DNA of 63,162 nt, the filler included, from Reclinomonas americana ATCC 50394 (lineage: Eukaryota), in assembly GCA_048213135.1 (NCBI GenBank). It is 4 parts of 2 records of this genome, joined end to end, with 100 filler letters (N's around TTAATTAATTAA, not from the genome) between each part and the next. Parts side by side here need not be neighbours in the genome. Positions count along the whole stretch, not along the records: positions 33,791 to 58,489 come from PS015167.1; positions 58,590 to 63,162 come from PS015167.1; 2 more parts are not named here. The stretch is one strand, 5' to 3'. How positions within the stretch are numbered: the stretch's first letter is position 1; each line of letters starts with the position of its first letter. Positions 50,281 through 61,700 of this stretch are shown piece after piece. The translations under genes were made by a program, and so were the position numbers. A model generated the notes under the pieces. That model searched no databases and was not told the DNA's origin. It was given only the letters and a program-made list of their open reading frames with translations.

Positions 50281-51654
50281 TTACATCATGGATTCGGTAA
50301 TGTTTCTCTCGCACAAGTCCTCCAGCTCCCTCTCGAGGCCGTCGGGCCACTCGGCCGTCCAGCCCTTGATGTAGCACCGAATAATGGTGCGATTGCCGTC
50401 GCGCAGCGCATCAATCAGCTGCCGCACACCACCGGCCGGCGAAAACTGATTATCCTCGAGGAAGAGCGAGGTCAGCGTCGAGTTGCGTCGCATGGCCCGC
50501 GCCAGTGCCGGCGCACAGGCGTCGGTCAGTCGATTGCCACTGAGCGACAGCGTGCGCAGCTGCGTGTTGCTCTCCAGCAACTCGGCAAACGCGCGACCGC
50601 CGACATCGGTGACAGCGTTGATACCCAGGCCCAGCAACTGCAAACGCGGATGATCACGCGCAGCCGTGGCCAGTGCCGCAGCGCCCTTGTCGCCAATGCC
50701 ACACGACGACAAGCTCAACGAGACCACATGCGGCGCCGAGCACAGCGCAGCCGCCAGTGCCACTGCCCCATCGTCGCCCACCGGCAACTCGCTCAACACC
50801 ACCTCCCGCAGTCGTCGCGACTGCCCAATCGCCTTGCACAACAGTGTCGCCCCTGCAGCCGTCACCCCCGCACAGTCCTGCAAGTCGAGCGAGCCCAGCG
50901 ACGAGCGCGGTCGCGCAATGTACTCGGCCAATGCGCGCGCCCCGCTGTCACTCAAGCGATTATCCGCGAGGATCAGACTGACACTGGTGCGTCGCTCGCC
51001 TCCCTCGTCGTCGGCATCGCCACTGCCAGAAGCAGCAATGGTCTCCTCCAGTGAGGTCATCCAGCGCACCAGCAGAGGAATGGCGCGATCGGAGAGCGCG
51101 TGGCCACTGAGATCGAGAGTGCGCACAGAGGGCACGCGGGAGAGAGTGGCACACAGTCGTTCCACGCCTGTCTCAGTCAGTCGTCGAGCTGGCGAGTGGA
51201 GAGAAGAGGGAAGGGAGTGAGCATGCAAGTTGTCTCTCCTTGTCTCTGTGCGCGTGTATGTCTTCTCTTGTCTCCACAACCTTCACTCTCAGTTGCCCCT
51301 CTGCTCCCTCCTTCTCCTCCCTACTTCTTCTCCCTTTTCTCTCTCTCTCTCTCTCTCTCTCTTTCTGACCTTCATCACTCAGTGACCGCATGCGGCACGC
51401 CAGTGAGAGCGTGTGCACACGCTCATCGCCGTCTTTGGCGGCCGCCGATGCCGCCAACAGCGCCTCACTCAAGCGACTCACATCGTCGTCGTTCACGCCG
51501 ACTTGACCGACAATGTCGAACTGAGACAACAGAGAGAGTGAGAGAGTGAATGAGAGTGAGAAGCTTCCCTGTCCTCCTCCTACACTTAGTCTCGCACCTC
51601 CTTGGCATGACCGCGGCGAAGAGCATCCAGCGCGCTCTCGAAAAACTCATTCAT
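50281..51654 (-). CDS. RNI-like leucine-rich repeat protein (NLRC3/RanGAP-type 28-aa repeats)
   Basis: Three exons from ATG 51654 (MNEFFESALDALRRGHAKE|FDIVG...); repeats such as LRTLSLSGNRLTDACAPALARAMRRNSTLTSLFLEDNQF; TAA at 50281. Confidence 0.9.
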
Positions 51655-51735
51655 GATTCGCTGCGTGTGGAGGACAACTCTCGTTCATACGTTAACAAAC
51701 AATCATTAGTACATTAAGTCCCTTTCCTCCCCAAT

Positions 51736-54700
51736 CTACTGCCTCTGCGCCAATAGCAGCTCCTCCAAGCGCTGGAGACGCGCAGTGAGCGAGTTGATCT
51801 GCTGCTCCTGCTCGCGCAGCTTGCGGTTCTGCTCCTCAATGAGCGACGTCTGCTCGTTGACAGCTTCGACCAGCACTGCCGTCATGCGCGGGTAGTCGAC
51901 CGTCAGCACGTCCTTGATGGGCGCGTTGTCCGAGGTCGACGTCACCATGTGCACCAGCTCGGGGAACACGCGCTGCACGTCTTGCGCCAGCACACCAATC
52001 TCCAAGTGGTCCACCTCAATCTTGCGCTGAATGGTCTTGGCCGCCATCTCGTTCCACCGGTACTTGTAGGCGGTGATCTGGCGCAGGGAGCCAAGCACAT
52101 TGTCGATGCGCGTGAGGTCGGTCTTGAGACGCTCATCGGACGAGTTGACGAGGTCGGTGTAGATGCGGTGCACGAGGCCAGTACGCGTCTTCCAGAACGG
52201 AATGTCGGCGTTGGTCATGTAGTCGGCCGTGTACAGCTGCACGTACGAGGCATTGGTGGCCGGGCTGAACGACACACCGCGCTCCGCGATCATGATGGCA
52301 CCAGCGTCGGCGCGCAGGTCGTTCGTGAACGACGACACACCTGGCAACAAAAAACAAGAAGTCAGCAACACACGTTTCACCTCTTGCGCCCTCCTCTCCC
52401 CTCTTCCCTCTCCCATCGAAAACGCACCAGCAACCGACAGAGTCGCCGAGGCATTGCTGAGGCTGACGTTGCCGGTCAGCGTGCTGACGCCGGCCACGGA
52501 CAGCGTGCCTCCGAGGGTGGTGGCGCCGAGGTTCACCGTCAGCGTGTTGCTCGCCGAGATGGTCACGTTGCCGTTCAAGGTGCTGGTGTCCGACACGACC
52601 AGCTTGGCGCCGAGCGTGGCGTTGCCGGCCACAGACAATGTGCCATTCAGCGTGGTCACACTGCTCGTGCCGACCGTGAAGTTGAAGCCGTTCGAGATGG
52701 CGACATTGTTGCTAAATGTCGAGGCGCCGCCAACCGAAAGCGTGCCCGAGAGCGCCGTCGCACCGGCTGTCACACTCAGACCGCCGCCAAAGCTGGCGAG
52801 TCCAGTGGTCACTGTGAATGTGGCTCCCGTGCCGACAGTCACCGTGTTCTGTGAGGAGCGACAAGAGAAGCACAAGAGTGAGATCACACAAAAAAAAAAC
52901 ATGGTATCATCATCATGGACTGCTGCTACACAACGCAACATTGAGAGTGGCAACACCAGCCAGCGTGAATGCGCCGGCCATGGTAGTGGTGCCGTTGCCG
53001 ACGACCAGATTGACGCCAGGTGAAATGGTCACCGTGTTGCCAAAAGTGGAGGTGCCCGTCGCCGACAGGCTCGTCACCGTCGTCACACCCGTGACGTTGA
53101 CAGTGCCGGCAAAGGTGCTGGCGCCGTTGCCCATGGCAAAGGTGCGCGAGTTGCTGATCGTCACGTTGCCGTCAATGTTGGTTGAGCCGTTGACGGACAG
53201 CGCGTTGTTCAAAATGGTCACGCCCGCCACCGTCAGCGCGCCGCCAAAGGTCACCGCGCCAGTGCCCACAGTGAGCGTCGAGGTTCCATTGATGGCCACG
53301 TTACCGGAGAAGGTACCTGATTTTTTTTTCGCATCGACAGACAGACAATGAGACGAACAGCAATAGATAAAAAGAGATGTAATGGCTACGCACCCGCCGC
53401 AGTGGTCACACCACCCGTCAGCGTCGCCAAACCGGTGACCGCGAGTGTGCCGCCGAGAGTGCTGGCGCCGGCATTCACGCTGAATGTGTTGGCGTTGAGC
53501 ACAGCGAGCGAGCCGTCAAAGCTGGCGGCCTTGCCCGTGATCGAGCCCGTAAACGTGGACGTCAGACCGGTCACCGACAGAGTGCCGCCAATGGTGGTGG
53601 CACCCGTGGTCACCGTGAATGTCGAGCCGCCACCGACAGACACGTTGCCGCTGAATGTGGCAGCCTGAGCAACCAGACTGGCGCTGAGGGTGGTCGCACC
53701 CGTGACGCCGAGCGTGCCGCCGAGAGTGGTGGCACCGCCGGTGGCCACCGAGAAGCTGTTGCCGTTCAGCACCGACAGGTTACCGTCAAAGTTGCCGGCC
53801 TTGGCAGACAGCGCACCCGACAGCGTCGTCAGGCCGGTTACGCTCAACGAGCCACCGAGCGACGTCGCGCCAGTGCCGACCGTAAACGTGTTGGCATTCT
53901 GCACCGCCACTGCGCCATTAAAGGTGGCATCCTTGGCGGCGACAGTGGCCGCAAACGTGCTAATGCCGCCCACCGACAGCGTTCCAGACAGCGACGTGGC
54001 ACCCGTCGACACCTAACGCAAAAGAAAACCAAGGAGGTGAGTACACGAGCGCGGATGGATACAAAGAGTGTGCGTGTCTGTGCAAAGTTGGCACGCACCG
54101 TCAAGGTGGCGCCCGTGCCCAGAGTCACGTTGCCGTTGAGCGTGCTGGTGCCGGCGACAGTCAGCGTGCTGGAGAGGGTGGTGGCCAAGGTCACGCCGAG
54201 GGTGCCGCCAATGGTGGCGTTGCCCGAGACGAGCGACAGGTTGATGCCCGTGTCGAGGGTGACCGCGCCCTTGAACAGCGACGTCGAGTTGACCGTGAGC
54301 GCCGCGAGCGTGGTCGCTCCCGTGACCGTGGCCGTGCCGCCAACCGTCAGGTTGCCCGACGTGAGTGCCAGGTTACCCGCCGACAGAGTTGCGCCGCCAG
54401 AGAATGTCGCCAAGCCGGCCACACTGAGCGTGCTCGACAGCGTGGCGGCACCCGAAATGGCCGCCGTGCCCGACAGCGTCGTTGCACCGCCGACAGTCAG
54501 CGTGTTGGTGCCGCTCACCGTCACATTGCCGCCAAACGTCGACGCCGCACCCGTCGACACACCACCGGTGAGGGTGGCCAGGCCGGTCACACCGAGTGTG
54601 CCGCCAAATGTCGCCGCACCGGCACCGACAGAGAAGGTGCTGGTGGCACCCGTCACTGCATACGAGTGAAGAAAAGGTGAGTAAAAAAATGATTCTATGG

Positions 54701-57700
54701 AAGAGAATGAAGGAGAAACGCACCAGCGACAGCTCCCGTAAACGTCGCCGCAACACCATTGAGCGAGCCACTGAGCGTCGTCAAACCACCCACCGACAGA
54801 GCGCCAGTGAGGGTGGAGGCACCGGCGACCGACAAGGTGCCAGGTGTGCCCGTCACAGCCAGCGAGCCGTCGAATGTGGCCGCCTGTGTAAAGTACACGA
54901 TAAGTGACATACTCGGGAAATAAAAACTCACAGACAAACAGACAACAATAAACAAACAAACCTTGCCCGACACCGCCTGCAGGGTGGTGGCGCCAGCGGA
55001 GACTGTTAGGCCGCCACCCAGCGTGACCAGACCAGTGCCGACAGTGAGCTGCGAGGCACCAGAGAGCGTCACGTTGGCGGCAAACGTGGAGGCGCCGCCA
55101 ATCGACAACGTGCCCGTTGCCGAGGCGTTGCCCGTCACGCTGACACCACCGCCGAGCGTCGTCAGACCCGTGCCGACCGTGAACGTGTTGGCGTTGGAGA
55201 CGGCCACGGCGCCGTTAAAGGTGGCACCGACGCCACTCAGTGCCGCCGACAGCGTGGTGGCACCAGTCACATTCAGCGCGCCGCCGAGCGTCACCAGTCC
55301 GGCGCCCGTCGTCAGCGTCGTGGTCATGCCGACAATCGACACGTTGCCATTCAACGTGGTGGTACCATTGGCAACCACGCTTGACGCAAATGTGCTGGCA
55401 CCGCCAACAGACAGCGAGCCCGTCATGGTGGTGGCTCCAGTTCCAATCGACACCGCCTGCCCATCAGACACCGTCACCGGTTTCTGGAAGAGCGCGGCAC
55501 CGTTCGTGGTCAATCCGCCAGTCAGTGTGGCCACGCCGGCCACCGCCAGTGTGCCTCCGAGGGTGGTGGCACCCGTTCCGACCGTCAGAGTGCTCGTGCC
55601 GGTAATCTGCGCAGAGTTGTGTGAGTAATCAAGCAATCAAAAAAACAAGAAATTGAAAATAGAACGCACTGAAACGTTGCCGCTATGCGTGGCACCGGCA
55701 CCGACAAACGGTTGGCTAAACGTGGCCACACCGCTGACCAACAGCGTGCTCGACAGAGTGGTAGCGCCGCCGACCGCCAGTGTGTTGCTGCCGAGCACAG
55801 TCACGGCCGCACCGAAATCGGCACCACCCGTCAGTGTCGACTTGCCCAGCACCAAGGCCGTGCCGCCCACAGAAATGGCACCCGAGGTCGAGAAGAGACC
55901 GGTGCCGAGTGTGAGCGTATTGGTGCCCGAGATGCTCACATTGTTGTTCAGCGTCGCAGTACCAGTGACGACAATGTTGCCGGTAAACGTCGAGGAACCG
56001 CCGACACTCAGAGCGCCAGTCAAGTTGGCGGGTCCGCCCTGCACACGCAGCTCGGAACCGGTGCCCACAGTCACCGCGCCCGTCAACGTCGAAATGCCGC
56101 CCACCGACAATGTCGTGGACACTGTGGCAGCGCCAGTCACCGACAAGCCGCCGCCGAGCGTGCTCAGACCAGTGCCAGTGGTGAATGTGCCCGATCCGCT
56201 AATCGACACGTTGCCGTTGAAGAGCGCATTGCCGCCGACGGTCAGCGTGGTGCTCGCCGTCACGGCACCGGTCACGGTCAGAGTGCCGGCCATGGCCGAG
56301 GCGCCGGTGCCGACCGTAAACGTGGCCGCATTCGCCACCGTCACGTTGCCGTTGAGGGTCGAAGTGCCCGTCACGGCCAGCGAGCCACCGAGAATCGTGG
56401 CACCGGTGCCGACGGTGAAATTGTTGGCGTTGGTGATGGTGACCGAGTTCTGGAACGTGACCGGCTGGCTGGCAGTGATTGTGCCGGAGAACGTCGACGC
56501 GCCACCAACACTGAGCGAGCCCGTCAGCGTGGTGGAGCCGCCGGTCACCGTCAGCGGCTGGTTCGTGGACAGCGTCACCGCACCGTTGAAGGTGGCGGCG
56601 CCTGTGGTCAACGACGTCAGCGTGGTGATGCCGGCCGACAGAGTTCCGTTAATGGTGCACCCTCCGTCGCCAATGGTCACGGCGTTGCCGTTCGACACCG
56701 TAATGGCGCCGTTGAAACGCGAAGTCGAGTTGGCCGTCAGCGCACCATTCAAGGTCGCCACACCAGCCACCGTCAGTGCACCGCCGAGGGTGGTGGCACC
56801 CGTGCCCACTGTCACCGTGTTGGTGCCCGACACACTCACACTGTTGTTGAAGGTGCTGGCGCCAGAGACAGTGACAGCGCCGCCGAGTGTGGTCACACCA
56901 CTGGTGACCGTCAGCGAAATGCCCGTGTCCACCGTCACATTGCCCTTGAAGAGCGACGTGCCATTCACTGTCAGCGCACCGCCCAGTGTCGCAGCGCCCG
57001 TGCCGGTGGTGAACGTGCTGGCCGCGCCAGAAATGGACACGGACGAGCTGAACGTCGATGTGCCACCAACACTGAGCGTGCTCGTCAAGGTGGTGGCGCC
57101 AGTCACCGCCAGCGTACCGCCCAGGGACGAGGCGCCTGCTCCGACAGAGAACGTGGTCGTCATGCCGCTCACCGACACGTTGCCGTTGAAGGTGGCGGTG
57201 CCGTTGGCAATCAGAGCGCCGGTCAGCGTGCTGCCGCCAGTCACCGCCAGCGTACCACCGAGCGCAGTTGCGCCGCCGACCACGGTAAACGTGCTCGTGC
57301 CAGTGACACTGGTGTTGCCGGCAAACGAGGCCGTGGAGGACGTGGCAAGTGTCGTCAGCGTGGTTGCGCCGGTCACCGACACGGCGCCCAAGAACGAGCT
57401 CAGTCCAGTGCCCGAGGTGAAGGTGTTGGCGCCGCTAATGACCACCGCGCCACCCAAGGTGGTCGCGCCGGCCGTCGTCAGTGCCTGCACATTGGTGGCA
57501 CCGGCCGACACCGTCAGACCACCGCCAAGAGTGGTGAGACCAGTGCCGACAGTCAGCGTCGACGGAGACACAATGTTGACGGGGTTGTTGAAGGTGACGG
57601 CTCCAGAGAAGCTGGTGGCACGCAGAGTTGTGATGCCCTGCGCCTCGAAATCGCCCAACAGCAACACCTTGCCAGTGCCGACATTGACCGTGTTGGTGCC

Positions 57701-58695
57701 GGAGACCGACAGCGTACCGTTCAGCGTGGTGGCACCAGCCACCGTCAGCGAGCCACCGAGAGTGGTGGCGCCAGTTGCCACCGTAAATGTAGAGCTGTTG
57801 GTGACCAACGTAGCGCCACGGAACTCCGCCGTCGAGGCCGCCGTAAAGGCACCGCTAATCGTCGTCACGCCCGAGGTCACCGAGAGGCCGCCACCCAGCG
57901 TTGTCAGACCAGTAGTGGTGCTGAGCGTGGAGCCGCCAAGCAAAGCAACATTGCCGGAGAAGTTGGCCGCGTTCGCCGTGAGCGTGCCAGTCAGAGTGGT
58001 CGCGCCCGTCACCGAGAGGGAGCCGCCGAGTGAGGTGGCGCCAGTGCCCACCGTGAGAGTGTTGGCACCGGAGAACAGCACGTTGCCGGTGAACGTGGTG
58101 ATGCCGCCAACCGACAGCGTGCCCGTCAGCTTAGTGTTGCCCGTCACCGTCAGGTCGCCGCCAAGAGCCGTGGCAAACGTGCCGCTGACCGTCAGCGTGT
58201 TGTTGACAGTCGTCACACCGTTCAGCGAGGCTGTGCCGGCGGCCACCAACGGACCGTTAAAGGTCGAGGTGCCCGTGCCCACCGTGAAGGAGAACAAGTT
58301 CGCGATCGCCACGTTGTTGTTGAACTGCGAGGCACCCGATACGGTGAGCGGACCGCCAATCGTCACTGTGCCGGTGCCCGTGGTCACCGTGTTCGTACCC
58401 GACACCACGAGGTTGCCGTTGAGGGTGGACACACCACCGACAGTGAGCGTGTTGCTCAGTGTTGTGCCGCCCGTCACCGCCAGAGTTGANNNNNNNNNNN
58501 NNNNNNNNNNNNNNNNNNNNNNNNNNNNNNNNNTTAATTAATTAANNNNNNNNNNNNNNNNNNNNNNNNNNNNNNNNNNNNNNNNNNNNGGAGTCTCGAG
58601 GGAAGGGGGAAGGAGGGAGAAAGGAAAGGAGATGATGATGAATGGAGAATGGATAGAGAGAGAGAGAGTGTGTGTGTGTGTGTGTGTGTGTACGT

Positions 58696-58726
<31 letters not shown>

Positions 58727-61700
58727 ACATTGCGCATGGTCAACGTGGGAGTGGTGGCGCCGAGAGTCAGGTCGTCCGTCAGCAAATTGAATGTGCCCGA
58801 GAGCAGCATAGGGCCGACGGCGGGAAGACGGATCTTTTCGACTCCATTGATCATGAACACCAGGTTGTCAATGGGGCTGGTGGAGCCTGTGTGTGCGGGT
58901 GGGAGAGCGGGAAGAGTGATGAGCACACAATCTCTCATTTGAGTATCATCTCTCACTCCCTCGTCATACCTGTGCGTTGCGCAAACATGCCCGTGTTCTG
59001 ATTCGACTCAAAGGCGTAACCGAGGTTGTCGGTGGTCGTAGTCGTGGGAATACCGACCGACACACGCGTGCCGCCCGTCACTTCCAGCGAGGCGACGGGC
59101 GTGGTCGACGAACCAACGCGCAGCTTGCCCACCACAGTACCGCTGCCCGTGGCGTAGTAGGTGCCGGTGATGTTGAGCGCGGTGGCAAACGTCGAGCCAA
59201 TGGTCAGACGCGGCGTGCTGTCCACCGACAGGTACAGTGGAGTGCCGTCGGCAGTGGTACCTGTGCAAGAGAGATGAGAGGCGGCTGGCAACAAAATAAA
59301 GTGCTTGTGTGCACAAACCTCCCGCAAAGAGACCCGTGTCGCCATTAATGTCAAAGGCGTAGCCGGCGGGTGGAGAGCCCGAGTTGCCGGCGACTGTGCC
59401 TTGGCTGACGCGGATGCCGCCAAAGACGCGCAGGAGTGAGTTCACGCTTGAGCTGCCAATGGATACTGCGCCCGAGGTGACCGACATGCCGGCGTTGCCA
59501 ATGGTGACGCCACCGGTGAATGCGTTGTCGCCATTCACTGCAGAGAAGGGGAAGGGTGAGGGAAGGGGAAGGGGAAGGGAGAAGGAAGGGAAGGGGAGAA
59601 GGGAGAAGGAAGGGAGAGGGAGAAGAGGGGAAGGGGAGGGAGAAGGAAAGGAAGGGGAGAAGGAGAGGAAGGGGAAGAGAGAAGGAATGGAAGGGGAAGG
59701 GAGAAGGAAGGGAAGGGGAAGGGCGAAGGAGAATGGAGAGGGCAAGGCAATGGAAGGGATCAGTGAATGCAAGAAGGGGAAAGGAAGAAAGGATGACGAA
59801 AAGAGCAAGTGAGACGGCGAGGGATGCGAACGAGAAAAAAGGGAATAAGACAAGCGAGAGACTTGAAGAGAGCGTCGGCAAGCGAGTAGAAGCAAGTTTG
59901 ACAGGCAAATGAAACCACAGAGGAACACGAAATAAGTATGAGCCAGAGCAGTGGACAAGGAAAGTAAGTACTCTCATGAGTGTGTGTGTGAGAGAGTGAG
60001 AGGAGAGAAGTCAGTTGTCCGCACGCAACATTGAATGGTGCTCCCACTCTGCACCAGGGCATTCAGGCTGTTGATTTGCACATTGCCGCGCACATCCAGC
60101 GACGAGAACACCACAGCGGCCTCCGACAACGACGCCGGCAGCACGAGGCGCTTGTTGGCCGAGGTGTAAAAGGACATGATTTGCGGAGTCGTCGTCTGCT
60201 GCAGCTGCCGCCCGCCCGCCGACGACGGCGTCACAAACGGATGCCGCAAGGCGGCAGACTCGATTTCCTCGCCCGCCTCCTCTGCGTCGTAGCCATGCTC
60301 CAAATCGAGCGCCTGGTCGCCTCCATCGCTGCGCGCCGACGACGACGCACCAGCAGGAATGGAGGAATCAAAGAGACGACGACGCTTGGCGCCAGCGCGG
60401 CGAGCCGACAATGACGACGGCACAGGCGGATAACCGAATGGTGTCGATGTGGATGACACCGTGGTGGTGGTGGAGAAAATGCCCGTGCCGTCGACTCCTT
60501 GCGAGCCGAACACGATACCGATATCCTTGGTACTCGTTGTGGGTTCGCCTGAAGACACACGCAAACCGCCAGCGACGGCGACGGAGCGATCGGCGTTGCA
60601 CGTGTTGAAGCCGACCGTGGAAGTACTACTTGTGCTATTCGTACAGATGACGCCTGGAGAGGGGGAAGGATGAGAACAAGACGAAGGGGAGACAGCCGGG
60701 GTCGATGCGCTTACCATTTTTTACAACAAGATCACCGCCAATGACGGCATCGCCGCCCGTTGACACCGTGCCGGCGACAGCCACATTGTTTTTCATCTGC
60801 ATGTTGATGATTGTCAGCTCATGTCTCGCTCACAGGAATGACACATGCATTGCACTCGCCTTTAGAACAAAATACGTAATAAGGAACGCTCCGAGCAGGA
60901 GCACGACGAGCGAGATGATGATGACCCAGATCAAGCACACTTGCTTGCGACTCTTGGAGTACGTGTACTTGACGTGCTCGTCCACCTGCGTCGAGCGAGA
61001 GTGAGAAAAGGCTGTCGCCCCCTTTCTTTCCTCTTTTCCCCCTTTGTGTCGTACCTTTTCAATGCTGCGTAACCTCGGCGCCGGCGGCAACGGCAGCCGC
61101 GGCGGCGGGGCAATGGCACGACCAGTGCGTGGCGTGGACAACGAGGGTCCGGTGCCCGATAGGGGCTTGAGCAGCGGAATCGGTCGCGCGTCAAACGTCG
61201 GTGCGGGATCATCCAAAACTGTAATGGCGGTGGCCGGGCGCGAGGGGAACATCAAATCGCGCTGGAAGCCGAGGCCGCCGGAACTGGCACTGCCGCGATA
61301 CGGGCCCGCCATGCTCAACTAGGCACAAGAACACAAAGGGGAAGGGTCAGTGTATGGGTGAAGAAGAAGGAGGCGGGAAATTGTGACTCAACACTGCTGG
61401 GTCCTCCCATGTACCGCGTGAGGGCGCCACCACGTGGCGTCGACATGTCAAACTCAATGTCGGTGACTCCCGCCGCCGACATGTTGCTGCGTGTTCCGTA
61501 CCCACTGACACTGCTACCGGTCGACGACTCGTCATCGGGCTCCATAATCGACATTTGGTGCTGCACGCTGCGCGTCGACATGTCCAACTCGCGCGGAGTG
61601 GCGTACGTGTCGAGTGGGCGCGGCGATTGTGGGTAGGCGCGTGGTGAACCGCCTCCGTCGCGCGGAGTGGGCGACATGTAGCCACTCAGGGGATTGGTCA

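Noticed and set aside
51736-58489. Prophage, endogenous virus or bacterial contamination
   Set aside because: The gene has many spliceosomal introns with host-type donors, abuts eukaryotic genes on the same contig, and has no capsid, integrase or polymerase neighbours.
55653-58541. Long plus-strand ORFs (962 and 782 aa); similar ones at 14041-15624 (+) and 27769-29853 (-)
   Set aside because: Antisense shadows of GC-rich, codon-biased real genes on the other strand.
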